Source of the DNA: Thermodesulfobacteriota bacterium
GTDB taxonomy: Bacteria > Desulfobacterota > Desulfobacteria > Desulfobacterales > SURF-7
DNA: 64,000 nt
NCBI GenBank assembly: GCA_049320885.1
Contig: JBMORA010000009.1
Span: 320,001 to 384,000, forward strand
Reading direction: 5' to 3'
Shown piece after piece: positions 18,945 through 27,715 of the stretch. The number at the start of each line of letters is the position of its first letter. The stretch's first letter is position 1. The translations under genes were made by a program, and so were the position numbers. Under the pieces are notes generated by a model. It was not told the DNA's origin. It searched no databases and was given only the letters and a program-made list of their open reading frames with translations.

Positions 18945-20501
18945 TCAGCCGGTAATTGACCGCTTGGGGCATTTCCGCTGTTTCTCCAATCGGACGGCGT
19001 GCACGGTGCAGACCAGACAGGGATCGAAGGATCTCAGAATATGATCCGCCTCAATGGGCTCCTCCGGGTTCTTGATCGGCGCGCCGATCAGGGCCTGTTC
19101 CCATGGGCCCCTTATCCCTCCGGAGTCCCGGGGGGAGGCGTTCCAGGCGCTGGGGGTGATGATCTGGTAGGCGGCAATCTTCCCGTCCCGGATTTTGACC
19201 CAATGCCCCAAGGCGCCCCGCGGTGCTTCGATGAGGCCGAAGCCTTCACCGGTTTCGATCCGGTCATAGGATTGAAAATAGCGTTTCTCCTGAAGGCTGA
19301 TTTCTTTCAGCCATTGCTCCAGCACCGGCATGATCAGGGCCGGCCGGACGAGCCGCGCCAGTTGACGGGAAAAGGCTGTCGGGCCGCCGTTGTTCACCAA
19401 ATCCGTGAACAGCGGATTTCCGGCGATTATCATTTCCGCCAAAGGCCCTGTTTCCGCCGGCTTTCCGTCGTAACGGGGTGCTTTGGCCCAGGAGTATTTT
19501 TCACTCTCGCTACCCGTGGCATACGGGCGGGTCAGGCCCTCCATGGGCTGGCGGGCTCCGGAATACCCGCTGAACCAGGAGTGGGTGATGTCTTCCGCCA
19601 CGTTTTCCGGCCGGAATGGTTCCACCTTCCCGTCGTTGCCTGCAAACCCGGCGGGCAGCAGGTTGGGTCCGCCGTTGGGCGGTTTGACCGCGGTGTTCTG
19701 GGGCATGTCCAGCAACCCGTAACACAAGAAATTTCCATGCCCCCTGCCGATTTGTTCCAGACCGGCCTCCCGGGCAAAACGGATGAAGAAACCGATTTCC
19801 TTTTCCCGGTGGTCGGGATTTTCGTCCAGCCAGGCATCCAAATCGGCCCGGCCGGCGATCTCCTGCCAGCGTTCCAGGCGGCATCCCAGAAATTCCGTTT
19901 CATACCAGGAGCGAAAGCTGCTGAGCAGATACCGGCACTGCATGATTTCGTTGCGACTCGGCAGGGACACGACGCCTCCCGGCACCATAAAGGAGGAATG
20001 CGGCCATTGCCCGCCTAAAATGGCGACGATTTCCAGTATCTTTTTGGTATGATGGATCACCTGCCGGGTAACGCTGCCGGTCAGGAAGGGATAACGGCGC
20101 ACGGCCTCGTCATACAAAGAGTGATTCCGGTAAATCGGGCGGGCGAAGTCGCTCATGAACAACAGACAGCCGTGGCGGATGTCGTTTTGAAGCATTTCCA
20201 CCATGAGCGTGCCGTTGCGGATGCGCCGGGCGCCCCCCGGGACCTTGACGCCGGTGATCATGTCCAGGGCCTTGGCCGCCGCCTTCAGGTGGGCGGTGCT
20301 GCAAACGCCGCAAATCCGGGGTGTGATGACCAATCCGTCCAAGGCTCCGCGGCCCCGGAGGATGTTTTCGAATCCACGATACATGGTTCCGGCGCTCCAG
20401 GCATCCGTCACCACCCCGTCCTGGATTTCAAGCCGAACCTTGAGATCCCCCTCCACCCGGTTCAGCGGATAGATCTGAATATGTTTTCGCTGTGTGCTCA
20501 A
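18945..20501 (-). CDS. [NiFe]-hydrogenase large subunit, group 2 sensory type (HupV/HoxC-like)
   Basis: 'PLNRVEGDL', L1 'PRICGVC', L2 'SFDPCLVCTVH', 'YSWAKAPRY', 'APRGALGHW'. Confidence 0.92.
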   Translation of the reverse strand: MSTQRKHIQIYPLNRVEGDLKVRLEIQDGVVTDAWSAGTMYRGFENILRGRGALDGLVITPRICGVCSTAHLKAAAKALDMITGVKVPGGARRIRNGTLMVEMLQNDIRHGCLLFMSDFARPIYRNHSLYDEAVRRYPFLTGSVTRQVIHHTKKILEIVAILGGQWPHSSFMVPGGVVSLPSRNEIMQCRYLLSSFRSWYETEFLGCRLERWQEIAGRADLDAWLDENPDHREKEIGFFIRFAREAGLEQIGRGHGNFLCYGLLDMPQNTAVKPPNGGPNLLPAGFAGNDGKVEPFRPENVAEDITHSWFSGYSGARQPMEGLTRPYATGSESEKYSWAKAPRYDGKPAETGPLAEMIIAGNPLFTDLVNNGGPTAFSRQLARLVRPALIMPVLEQWLKEISLQEKRYFQSYDRIETGEGFGLIEAPRGALGHWVKIRDGKIAAYQIITPSAWNASPRDSGGIRGPWEQALIGAPIKNPEEPIEADHILRSFDPCLVCTVHAVRLEKQRKCPKRSITG

Positions 20502-21436
20502 ATTTCCGTTTTCCTGGTTTTCAGTCGTTCAGGGGCGGCTGCCGCGGCCATGCCTTTATAAGCCAGATAATGGGCCCGGCTGACCCCGTCGGGCAGCTCG
20601 ATCGGGATCCCCTCGATATTGCGGGTTTCGAAGAAGGAATAATGCTGCGGGAAATCGGGCCGCGTGCAGCCGAAACACGGCACACCCACCCGGGTTTTGG
20701 ACGAACGCCGGTTCCACAAGCGTTTGTTGCAGGGGCCGGTTGCCAGGGGGCCGTGGCAGCCCAGATGAAAAAACATGCAGCCTTTTTCGCCGAACTGCTT
20801 CTCCTCCACGCGGAATTCGTGATATTCATTGCGCGTGCACCCCTGGTGCACCATCATGCCGTACCATTCCAGCGGCGTATGGTAACCGGTCAACACGAGT
20901 TCCTGGCCGGTCACAAGGGCCGCCAGCGTTCCGCAGATGATATCGCAATGGCAGGGGCATCCCGGCAGGTTGATGACCGGCATGCCGCTGCTGCTGCGAA
21001 ATTCCTCCCCCAGGAACCCGCCTTTTTCCCATTTATGAAACTGCATGCCCGTGGCCTCGATCTCACCGTCCGCCCCGATTCCGCCGAAACTGGCGCAGGT
21101 GCCGATGGCCAGGACATGATTGGCTTTTTTGGCCAGGGAGGCCACCAGGTTTTTTTTGGGCGCGCCATAGGCTTCGTCATACATGCCGGTTCCGCCCGGC
21201 CCCCGGATGATCGATCCCTCCACGCACAGAATGTCGAGCTTTTCCTCCTCGGCAATCAGGCGCTCGATCATGTGTTCCTGCTGCCGGACGGACTTGGCGG
21301 AGATCGAGGGATGCCAGAGCACGTCGATGTTCAAGAGCCGGAACAGTTCGATCACATCCGGTGTTTCGGCATTGAACAGGGACCAGGTATCGCCCCCGCA
21401 CCCGCCGCATTGAATCCAGTAAAGAGTGATGGACAT
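20498..21436 (-). CDS. [NiFe]-hydrogenase small subunit without Tat signal (HupU/HoxB-like)
   Basis: Starts directly at 'LYWIQCGGCGGD'. 'GTCASFGG', 'NLPGCP', 'HQGCTRNEY', 'PCFGCT'. HupU-like C-terminal tail 'GIPIELPDGV..Y.A.K..A.AAAPERL'. Confidence 0.92.
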   Translation of the reverse strand: MSITLYWIQCGGCGGDTWSLFNAETPDVIELFRLLNIDVLWHPSISAKSVRQQEHMIERLIAEEEKLDILCVEGSIIRGPGGTGMYDEAYGAPKKNLVASLAKKANHVLAIGTCASFGGIGADGEIEATGMQFHKWEKGGFLGEEFRSSSGMPVINLPGCPCHCDIICGTLAALVTGQELVLTGYHTPLEWYGMMVHQGCTRNEYHEFRVEEKQFGEKGCMFFHLGCHGPLATGPCNKRLWNRRSSKTRVGVPCFGCTRPDFPQHYSFFETRNIEGIPIELPDGVSRAHYLAYKGMAAAAAPERLKTRKTEI

Positions 21437-21539
21437 GGACCGCCTTTCTGAAAAGCGAACGAGATTGCATGATGGCCGTATTGAAAAATCATACCCTTTC
21501 ATGAGGGTGGATTTCAAGTATTATTCACCGGATAAGGTT

Positions 21540-21740
21540 GGCGAGGGGAAGAGTCAAGGCTTTCTATCCCGCAATCGAATTCGCCGGGAATCGCTTGAAA
21601 AAGGTCATCGGCCGTTGGGCGGGGTTTCAAGATTTTCAGTTTGGGGGCTCTCCTTGCTGTTCGATTCCTTTCAAATACACGGAATAACCCGCGTTGATCC
21701 ATTTGATCGCCCGGCTCAGGTTCGGATAAGGAGTTACCAT
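21540..21740 (-). pseudogene. Degenerate remnant of an IS200-like/RAYT (Y1) transposase
   Basis: 'TPYPNLSRAIKWINAGYSVY' resembles the Y1/RAYT core. 'LKILKPRPT..DLFQAI..EFDC' in another frame resembles the C-terminal part. Frameshifted and internally deleted. Confidence 0.45.
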
Positions 21741-21828
21741 CGCAACACTCACAGGCGCCAACTTGTTTGGCTTCCTATGGGGGGCGGCAGCAGTTGATTT
21801 GATAGCGCCATTGCAACCATGTGGATTT

Positions 21829-22038
21829 TCAAAAAGGGATGTCTTCCTCTTCAGAATCCTCATCGAAAGGCATCATTTCAGTTGCGAGCTGTAAAAATAC
21901 CCCCTGTGATTCACACAAATTCTTTATGATTCGGCTATAGGCTTCTTTTTCATTTATGTTTTTTGCTTTGGACATTCCCTTCAGTGCTGAATTGATTTCT
22001 TTGGATAAACCATCCATAATTGTTTCCGGATCCATCAC
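21829..22038 (-). CDS. Small acidic-tailed hypothetical protein (69 aa)
   Basis: RBS AAGGAG then GTG. Ends 'EDSEEEDIPF'. Its 5' end is duplicated at 22801-22890. Confidence 0.65.
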   Translation of the reverse strand: MMDPETIMDGLSKEINSALKGMSKAKNINEKEAYSRIIKNLCESQGVFLQLATEMMPFDEDSEEEDIPF

Positions 22039-22052
22039 AGCTCCTTTTCTAT
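21963..22052. repeat. Direct repeat, copy 1 (90 bp)
   Basis: 82/90 identical to 22801-22890 by manual ungapped alignment. Confidence 0.9.
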
Positions 22053-22197
22053 TTTTGATGCGAACGGTTAGGTTTTTATACAGCGTCCCGCATGTAGGAT
22101 TATCAATAATGATGCAATATCCCAGAAGTCAATTATTCTCCTGTCCTGTCCCAAATTTTCTTTTTGCGCGTCCCACACAAGCGGAATCTCGGTCGGT

Positions 22198-22476
22198 TTA
22201 TTTTTTCACTTCAACCAAATTTCCGTTGATGAATTTGTGGATAATGCTGGATACGTAAGTCTGATACGGCAAGCCTTCAATAACAGCTCTTTTCTGAAGC
22301 TCAAGAAGATCTTTTTCCGAAATCCGTATATTTAACCTCTTATCCTTGCGTAACGTATTACGTGCATAGGCTATTAATTCTTTTTTTCTTTTTGGGAGGT
22401 TTGTAACTGGCACCCACTCATCTTTCTCGAAACTATCGAGTATTTCTTTTTCTTCTTTCGTTAATTTTGTCTTCAT
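22198..22476 (-). CDS. CopG/BrnA-like antitoxin
   Basis: 'EEKEILDSFE..EW', 'KDKRLNIRISEKDL..LQKRA..EGLPYQT'. RBS GGAGG. Confidence 0.85.
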   Translation of the reverse strand: MKTKLTKEEKEILDSFEKDEWVPVTNLPKRKKELIAYARNTLRKDKRLNIRISEKDLLELQKRAVIEGLPYQTYVSSIIHKFINGNLVEVKK

Positions 22477-22750
22477 TATTTCCTCCAAGATATCTTTGTG
22501 TTGCCTTCCTACAGGGAATAATGGTTTTGAGAAATACTTCTTCATTATTCTCGACATAAGGAATGAGATAGGCATAATTGGAAATATTGATAACCATAAT
22601 TCGCTGTCCGGGGTAATCTTTTTGATTGGGATGCAGGTAGTCATCTAATAAGTCACCTCTTTCAATAAAAAACACCACATCCTCAAAACAGATGCCCCGA
22701 GACGACTTAAGCGCGACGCTCTTTTCTGTGTTCCAGTTTATGTATTTCAT
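22433..22750 (-). CDS. BrnT-like toxin
   Basis: 'WNTEK...LK..RGICFEDV', 'HPNQ..YPGQ', 'FLKTIIP.RKAT'. Lies upstream of and overlaps the antitoxin. Confidence 0.85.
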   Translation of the reverse strand: MKYINWNTEKSVALKSSRGICFEDVVFFIERGDLLDDYLHPNQKDYPGQRIMVINISNYAYLIPYVENNEEVFLKTIIPCRKATQRYLGGNNEDKINERRKRNTR

Positions 22751-22759
22751 GATTATATA

Positions 22760-22890
22760 TTAGCACAATGTGTGCATTATGGAAACATATATTTTGCTTG
22801 TTGCTTTGGGCATTGCCTTCAATGCTGAATTGATCTCTTTCGATAAACCATCCATAATTGTTTCCGGATCCGCCACAGCTCCTTCTCTAT
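22760..22890 (-). pseudogene. Truncated duplicate of the 69-aa gene (direct repeat copy 2 at 22801-22890)
   Basis: Encodes 'DPETIMDGLSKEINSALKAMPKA', then diverges and stops. Confidence 0.75.
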
Positions 22891-23040
22891 ATATATTGGG
22901 ATTGTAAAGAGGTTGTTCCAGCGGTTTCATCATGCGATTTTCGCTTTCTCGATCAACGCGACGGAAACGATTGACAAGCCGTCGCGATTCATTCAACAAT
23001 GCATCCATGATTCCCCTCACTGGAAAAGGATAGAGGAACC

Positions 23041-24513
23041 ATGACCTTACCCCTGAAAGACAAGAGCCTGTGGAAGGAAGAAGCCTTTGTCAACGGTGCT
23101 TGGCTGCCGGCCGCATCCGGCGACACTATCCCGGTGTTCAATCCGGCCGATGGCCGGGAAATCGGCAAGGTTCCCGATTTGGCGCCTTTGGAAATCCAGG
23201 CAGCCGTCCAGTGCGCCCATGAGGCCTTGGGGAACTGGCGCTCCATGACCGCGAAGAAACGGTCCGGAATTCTACGGCGGTGGTTCGAGCTGATTCTCCG
23301 GAATCAGGACGATCTGGCCGCGATCATGACCGCCGAACAGGGCAAGCCGTTCGCGGAGGCCCGCGGCGAAATCGCCTATGCCGCCGCCTTTGTCGAGTGG
23401 TTCGCCGAGGAGGCCAAACGCGCTTACGGCGACATCATTCCGTCCCCCATGCACGACAGCCGGATTCTGGTGCTCAAGGCGCCGGTGGGGGTCTGCGCCG
23501 CCATCACGCCCTGGAATTTTCCGGCCGCCATGATCACCCGCAAGGCGGCGCCGGCCCTGGCCGCCGGCTGCACCATGATCGTCAAGCCGGCCTCCCAGAC
23601 GCCTTTTTCCGCCCTGGCGCTGGCGGAGTTGGCCGTCCTGGCCGGAATTCCCCCCGGGGTTCTGAATATCGTCACCGGCCGCTCGGAAAGCGTTGGTCCG
23701 GTGTTGACCGGTCATCCACTGGTGCGCAAGCTGAGCTTCACCGGTTCCACCGCAACCGGCAAGCTGCTAATGCAACAGTGCGCCGGGACCGTCAAGAAGG
23801 TTTCCCTGGAATTGGGCGGGCACGCGCCGTTTCTCGTTTTCGCCGACGCCGATCCGGATGAGGCCGTGGCCGGCGCCATGGCTTCGAAATACCGGAATTC
23901 CGGACAAACCTGCATTTGCGCCAACCGGTTTCTGGTTCAGGCGCCGATTTATGAAGCCTTCACCGAGAGGCTCGCGGCAGCGGCGGGACGGCTCAAGGTC
24001 GCCGACGGATTCGAGGAAGGCGCCCAGCAGGGACCGCTGATCGACATGCCGGCGGTTCAAAAAGTGACCGATCAGATCCGGGACGCCGTAGCCAAAGGCG
24101 CCAAAATCCTCCTGGGTGGCAACCGCCATGCCCTGGGCGGGACGTTTTTCGAGCCCACCGTGCTCGGCGAGGTCACGAGCGACATGCGTATCGCCCAGGA
24201 AGAAACCTTCGGGCCGGTGGCCCCGGTTTTCCGCTTTCAAACCGAGGAGGAGGCCGTCCGTCTGGCCAACCTGACGGAATACGGTCTGGCCGCCTATCTG
24301 TATACCCGGGACATGGGCCGCATCTGGCGCGTTGCCGAGGCGCTCGAATACGGAATGGTGGGCATTAATACCGGTTCGATCTCCACGGAATCGGCGCCCT
24401 TCGGCGGCATGAAGCAATCCGGCATCGGCCGGGAGGGTTCCCGGTATGGGATGGACGAATATCTGGAAATCAAATACCTGTGCCTGGGCGGGGTGAGCAA
24501 CCCCCACGCATAG
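23041..24513 (+). CDS. gabD: NAD(P)-dependent succinate-semialdehyde dehydrogenase
   Basis: 'ITPWNFPAAMITRK', 'SFTGST', 'SLELGG', catalytic Cys in 'NSGQTCIC', 'EETFGP'. Confidence 0.92.
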   Translation: MTLPLKDKSLWKEEAFVNGAWLPAASGDTIPVFNPADGREIGKVPDLAPLEIQAAVQCAHEALGNWRSMTAKKRSGILRRWFELILRNQDDLAAIMTAEQGKPFAEARGEIAYAAAFVEWFAEEAKRAYGDIIPSPMHDSRILVLKAPVGVCAAITPWNFPAAMITRKAAPALAAGCTMIVKPASQTPFSALALAELAVLAGIPPGVLNIVTGRSESVGPVLTGHPLVRKLSFTGSTATGKLLMQQCAGTVKKVSLELGGHAPFLVFADADPDEAVAGAMASKYRNSGQTCICANRFLVQAPIYEAFTERLAAAAGRLKVADGFEEGAQQGPLIDMPAVQKVTDQIRDAVAKGAKILLGGNRHALGGTFFEPTVLGEVTSDMRIAQEETFGPVAPVFRFQTEEEAVRLANLTEYGLAAYLYTRDMGRIWRVAEALEYGMVGINTGSISTESAPFGGMKQSGIGREGSRYGMDEYLEIKYLCLGGVSNPHA

Positions 24514-24532
24514 CGGGGGCGGAAATACAGGC

Positions 24533-25165
24533 ATGATTCATTTCTTGATCATCGGAATCGTATTGGGATTATCCGCCGGATGCTCACCGGGGCCGCTATT
24601 GACCCTGGTCATTTCGGAAACGCTTCGGCATGATATCGCCTCCGGCATAAGGGTAGCGGTCGCCCCCCTGGTCACCGATTTGCCCATCATCCTCTTGACA
24701 CTCTTCATTTCGGCACAGCTGGTCAACTTTCATGCCATCCTGGGTTTTATTTCTCTGGCTGGTGGTTTTTTTGTTTTGCGGCTGGGCGTCGCCGGCATCC
24801 GCTCGAAAGGAACGGAACTGCAGATCGTTCAGGAGAAGAAGCCGGCATCCTTGACAAAAGGGATCGTGGCCAATGCCCTCAGCCCGCATCCCTATCTGTT
24901 TTGGCTCAGCGTCGGCGCGCCGACAATGGCCAGCGCGATGAAAGTCGACGGTATGGCGCCGTTGGCTTTCATCGGTGGTTTCTATGTATTTCTGGTGGGC
25001 TCCAAAATGGTGCTGGCCATTCTAGTCGGCAAATCAAAAATGTTTTTGAGCGGCAAGGTGTACCGATACACGCTGCGTTTCCTCGGGTTGTTGCTATGCG
25101 GTTTCGCCGTCGTTCTTTTACACGAGGGGCTCACCTTTTTGGGAATGGCGTGGAAAGCGACTTGA
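24533..25165 (+). CDS. LysE-family translocator
   Basis: 'SPGPL', 'GIVANALSPHPYLFW'. Hydrophobic, 210 aa. Confidence 0.85.
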   Translation: MIHFLIIGIVLGLSAGCSPGPLLTLVISETLRHDIASGIRVAVAPLVTDLPIILLTLFISAQLVNFHAILGFISLAGGFFVLRLGVAGIRSKGTELQIVQEKKPASLTKGIVANALSPHPYLFWLSVGAPTMASAMKVDGMAPLAFIGGFYVFLVGSKMVLAILVGKSKMFLSGKVYRYTLRFLGLLLCGFAVVLLHEGLTFLGMAWKAT

Positions 25166-25189
25166 ACCCTCCTGATCCGGTCGCCCGGA

Positions 25190-26470
25190 TTAGATCTTCC
25201 CGGCGGCGGCAGGCCTTTCTTTTTTCGGTGAAAGCCAGGCAAAAGGCCCGCTGTCTTTCCGTGCACCGGTTTTGGGTTTGGCAACGGTCCTGGTAACCGA
25301 GGGCTGGCGCCGGCGCGCCGGGGCAGCGGTCTTTTTTTCCGGTTGGGCGGCCTCGTAATTAAAGTTGGTCAATGTGCGGCGCTCCACATGACAACCGACG
25401 GCCCGGTTAATGGCTTTCACCATCAAAGAATCATCTTCGGTAATCAGGGTGAACGCTTCTCCGCTGCATTCAGCCCGCCCGGTGCGGCCGATGCGATGGA
25501 TATAAGCCTCGGGCGTGGTGGGAATGTCGTAATTGATGACATGGGAAATATTGGAAACATCGATGCCGCGGGCGGCGATATCCGTGGCCACCAGAATTTG
25601 AAATTCACCGGAACGGAAGCCGTCCAGGGCCGCCTGGCGCCGCGCCTGGGACAGGTTGCCCTGCAGCGAGGTCGAACGGTAGCCGGCCTTGGCCAGTTTT
25701 TCACCAAGACTCTTGGCGCGAAACTTGGTGCGGGTGAACACCAGGACCGAACCGGTGCGGGTTTGGCCGATCAGTTTGATCAACAGCGCGGTCTTTAAAT
25801 GCTGGGCGACGGGGTACATGGCGTGGCTGACGGTCTCCGCGGGGGCCGTGGTTCCGATCTGGACCGTAACCGGATTCCGCAGGATGTCCGTTGCCAGGCT
25901 GCGAATCGCTTCCGGCATGGTGGCTGAAAACAGCAGCGTCTGGCGATTTTTGGCCGGCACGTGGGTCAAAATGCGGCGGATATCCGGGAAAAAACCCATA
26001 TCGAACATCTGGTCGGCTTCGTCCAGCACCAGTACTTCCAGCCTGGAAAGATCGACGGTCCGTCTGGCGATATGGTCCAAAAGACGGCCGGGACAAGCTA
26101 CGACGATGTTCGCGCGTTTCAGGTCCTTGATCTGGGGATTGATCCCCACCCCGCCGTACACCACCGCGCTGCGCAAGCGGGTCTGCCGCCCCAGAGTCTC
26201 GATGGCAACATGGATCTGTTCGGCCAATTCGCGGGTGGGGGCAATGATCAGCGCGCCGACATGGTCGCGGGGGCCGTTGATCAGCCGGTGAAGAATCGGT
26301 AAGGCAAAAGCGGCGGTCTTGCCGGTACCGGTCTGGGCCAGCCCCATTACATCGCGGCCTTGCATTACTTCGGGAATGGCCTGTGTCTGAATGGGGGTGG
26401 GAGTGATATATCCGGCTGCCTTGATGCCTTCGGCAACAGCGGAGTTGAATGAAAAATCGTTAAAATTCAA
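25190..26470 (-). CDS. DEAD-box ATP-dependent RNA helicase (RhlE-like)
   Basis: 'PTPIQ', AQTGTGKT, PTRELA, DEAD, SAT, HRIGRTGR. TTG start at 26470 after RBS AGAAAGGA. Confidence 0.93.
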   Translation of the reverse strand: MNFNDFSFNSAVAEGIKAAGYITPTPIQTQAIPEVMQGRDVMGLAQTGTGKTAAFALPILHRLINGPRDHVGALIIAPTRELAEQIHVAIETLGRQTRLRSAVVYGGVGINPQIKDLKRANIVVACPGRLLDHIARRTVDLSRLEVLVLDEADQMFDMGFFPDIRRILTHVPAKNRQTLLFSATMPEAIRSLATDILRNPVTVQIGTTAPAETVSHAMYPVAQHLKTALLIKLIGQTRTGSVLVFTRTKFRAKSLGEKLAKAGYRSTSLQGNLSQARRQAALDGFRSGEFQILVATDIAARGIDVSNISHVINYDIPTTPEAYIHRIGRTGRAECSGEAFTLITEDDSLMVKAINRAVGCHVERRTLTNFNYEAAQPEKKTAAPARRRQPSVTRTVAKPKTGARKDSGPFAWLSPKKERPAAAGKI

Positions 26471-26716
26471 ATGAATATAATCCTTTCTTGAGATCGATGG
26501 TGTCGATCCCGGGTTGTGTCCGCAAGGATTCCGCACGTCCATGCTTCTGGTTGGAAACGCTTCCGGACGAAAGTCGGCATATCCCACGGATCAATTCCGG
26601 GGCTTGCCGCCATGTGGTTTGTTGTATCCTGGAAATTTCGCGGTAGGAGTTTCCAGGGGCACGCCTTCCTGTCGGCAGGCATGCCCCGTTTTCCGTTTTG
26701 GCAGTGAAACGAAACC

Positions 26717-26917
26717 TTAGATTACCTTGACATTGACTGCGGCAGGACCTTTTTTTCCCTGTTCAATGTCAAAGGTTACCCGGTCGCCTTCATTCAGGCT
26801 CTTATAACCGCTTGCGATTATGCCTGAATGATGAACAAACACGTCCGGTCCGTTTTCCTGTTCGATGAAACCGAAACCTTTTTGGCTGTTAAACCATTTT
26901 ACGATGCCATTGGCCAT
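26717..26917 (-). CDS. cspA: Cold-shock protein
   Basis: 'GIVKWFN..KGFGFI', 'DVFVHHS'. Confidence 0.95.
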   Translation of the reverse strand: MANGIVKWFNSQKGFGFIEQENGPDVFVHHSGIIASGYKSLNEGDRVTFDIEQGKKGPAAVNVKVI

Positions 26918-27181
26918 GATAACACCCTCCTTTCTTCATGTAGTATTCAAAATTTTAACCTGGAGGATGCTTCATGTAGTTACTGAATGGTTCCTGCAGA
27001 AAAAAATCGCCTCACTGCTTCCCTGATGGTGGAGGCCTGGTTGAATGGCGACATCATAGACCAATTTTCAGTAAAAGCAAGCGATTTGTTGCAAGGTGGG
27101 AAAAAACCCTGCCGGGAGGGGGGCTCCGGCGACCTGGGTGCTTCGATTTATTGGGTCTTATCAGAGCGGTTTGTTACCGGC

Positions 27182-27210
27182 TTGACAAGCGGGCGCCATT
27201 TCATTATATT
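27182..27210 (+). promoter_or_regulatory. Sigma70 promoter of the ars operon
   Basis: TTGACA, 17 nt, TATATT. Confidence 0.65.
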
Positions 27211-27234
27211 CCGATTTAACGATATGGAGGCAGT

Positions 27235-27585
27235 ATGAGGGATTTTATCAAGGTAATGAAGGCCCTTTCCGATCCGAATCGGGTAAAGATGATCAAGCTG
27301 TTGCAGCGGCGGGTGCTCTGCGTGTGCGAAATCACGGAAGCGCTGGGTCTGGCCCAGTCGACGGCCAGCAAGCATCTGAAGATTCTGGAGGAGGCCGGCC
27401 TAATTACCTATTCAAAAGAAGGGCTGTGGGTCAATTATCGCCAAACGGATGGGTCGAATAGTCCCTATGTGGCCACCCTGCTGGGGAATTTGCGCCACTG
27501 GCTCGAGGAGGATGCGGAAATTGCACAACTGGTGAAGCAGTTGCCCCACATTCGGCGGGAAACCATTTGCGGGAATGGCCTGTAA
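27235..27585 (+). CDS. arsR: ArsR/SmtB-family transcriptional repressor
   Basis: 'KALSDPNR', 'LCVCEI', 'QSTASKHLKIL'. Confidence 0.92.
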   Translation: MRDFIKVMKALSDPNRVKMIKLLQRRVLCVCEITEALGLAQSTASKHLKILEEAGLITYSKEGLWVNYRQTDGSNSPYVATLLGNLRHWLEEDAEIAQLVKQLPHIRRETICGNGL

Positions 27586-27600
27586 TGTTTTTGTGACGAG

Positions 27601-27624
27601 TATATCGCCGTATGGCGAAATATA
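27601..27624. promoter_or_regulatory. Palindromic putative ArsR operator between arsR and the first permease
   Basis: TATATCGCC-GTAT-GGCGAAATA (one mismatch). Confidence 0.5.
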
Positions 27625-27715
27625 AACACCGGATCGCGGGGGGACAGGCCCTCCCGGGACATGACGGTTGCGCGTCCCGGTGACCGTAATTCATCTCATC
27701 GGAAGGATTGCAGTG

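Noticed and set aside
18945..19030. [NiFeSe] hydrogenase
   Set aside because: The DPC cysteine codon is TGT, not TGA.
22055..22200. Integron attC site next to the TA pair and small gene
   Set aside because: ACCTAAC is present on the minus strand, but there is no matching GTTRRRY or L-box stem at a suitable distance, and no intI gene.
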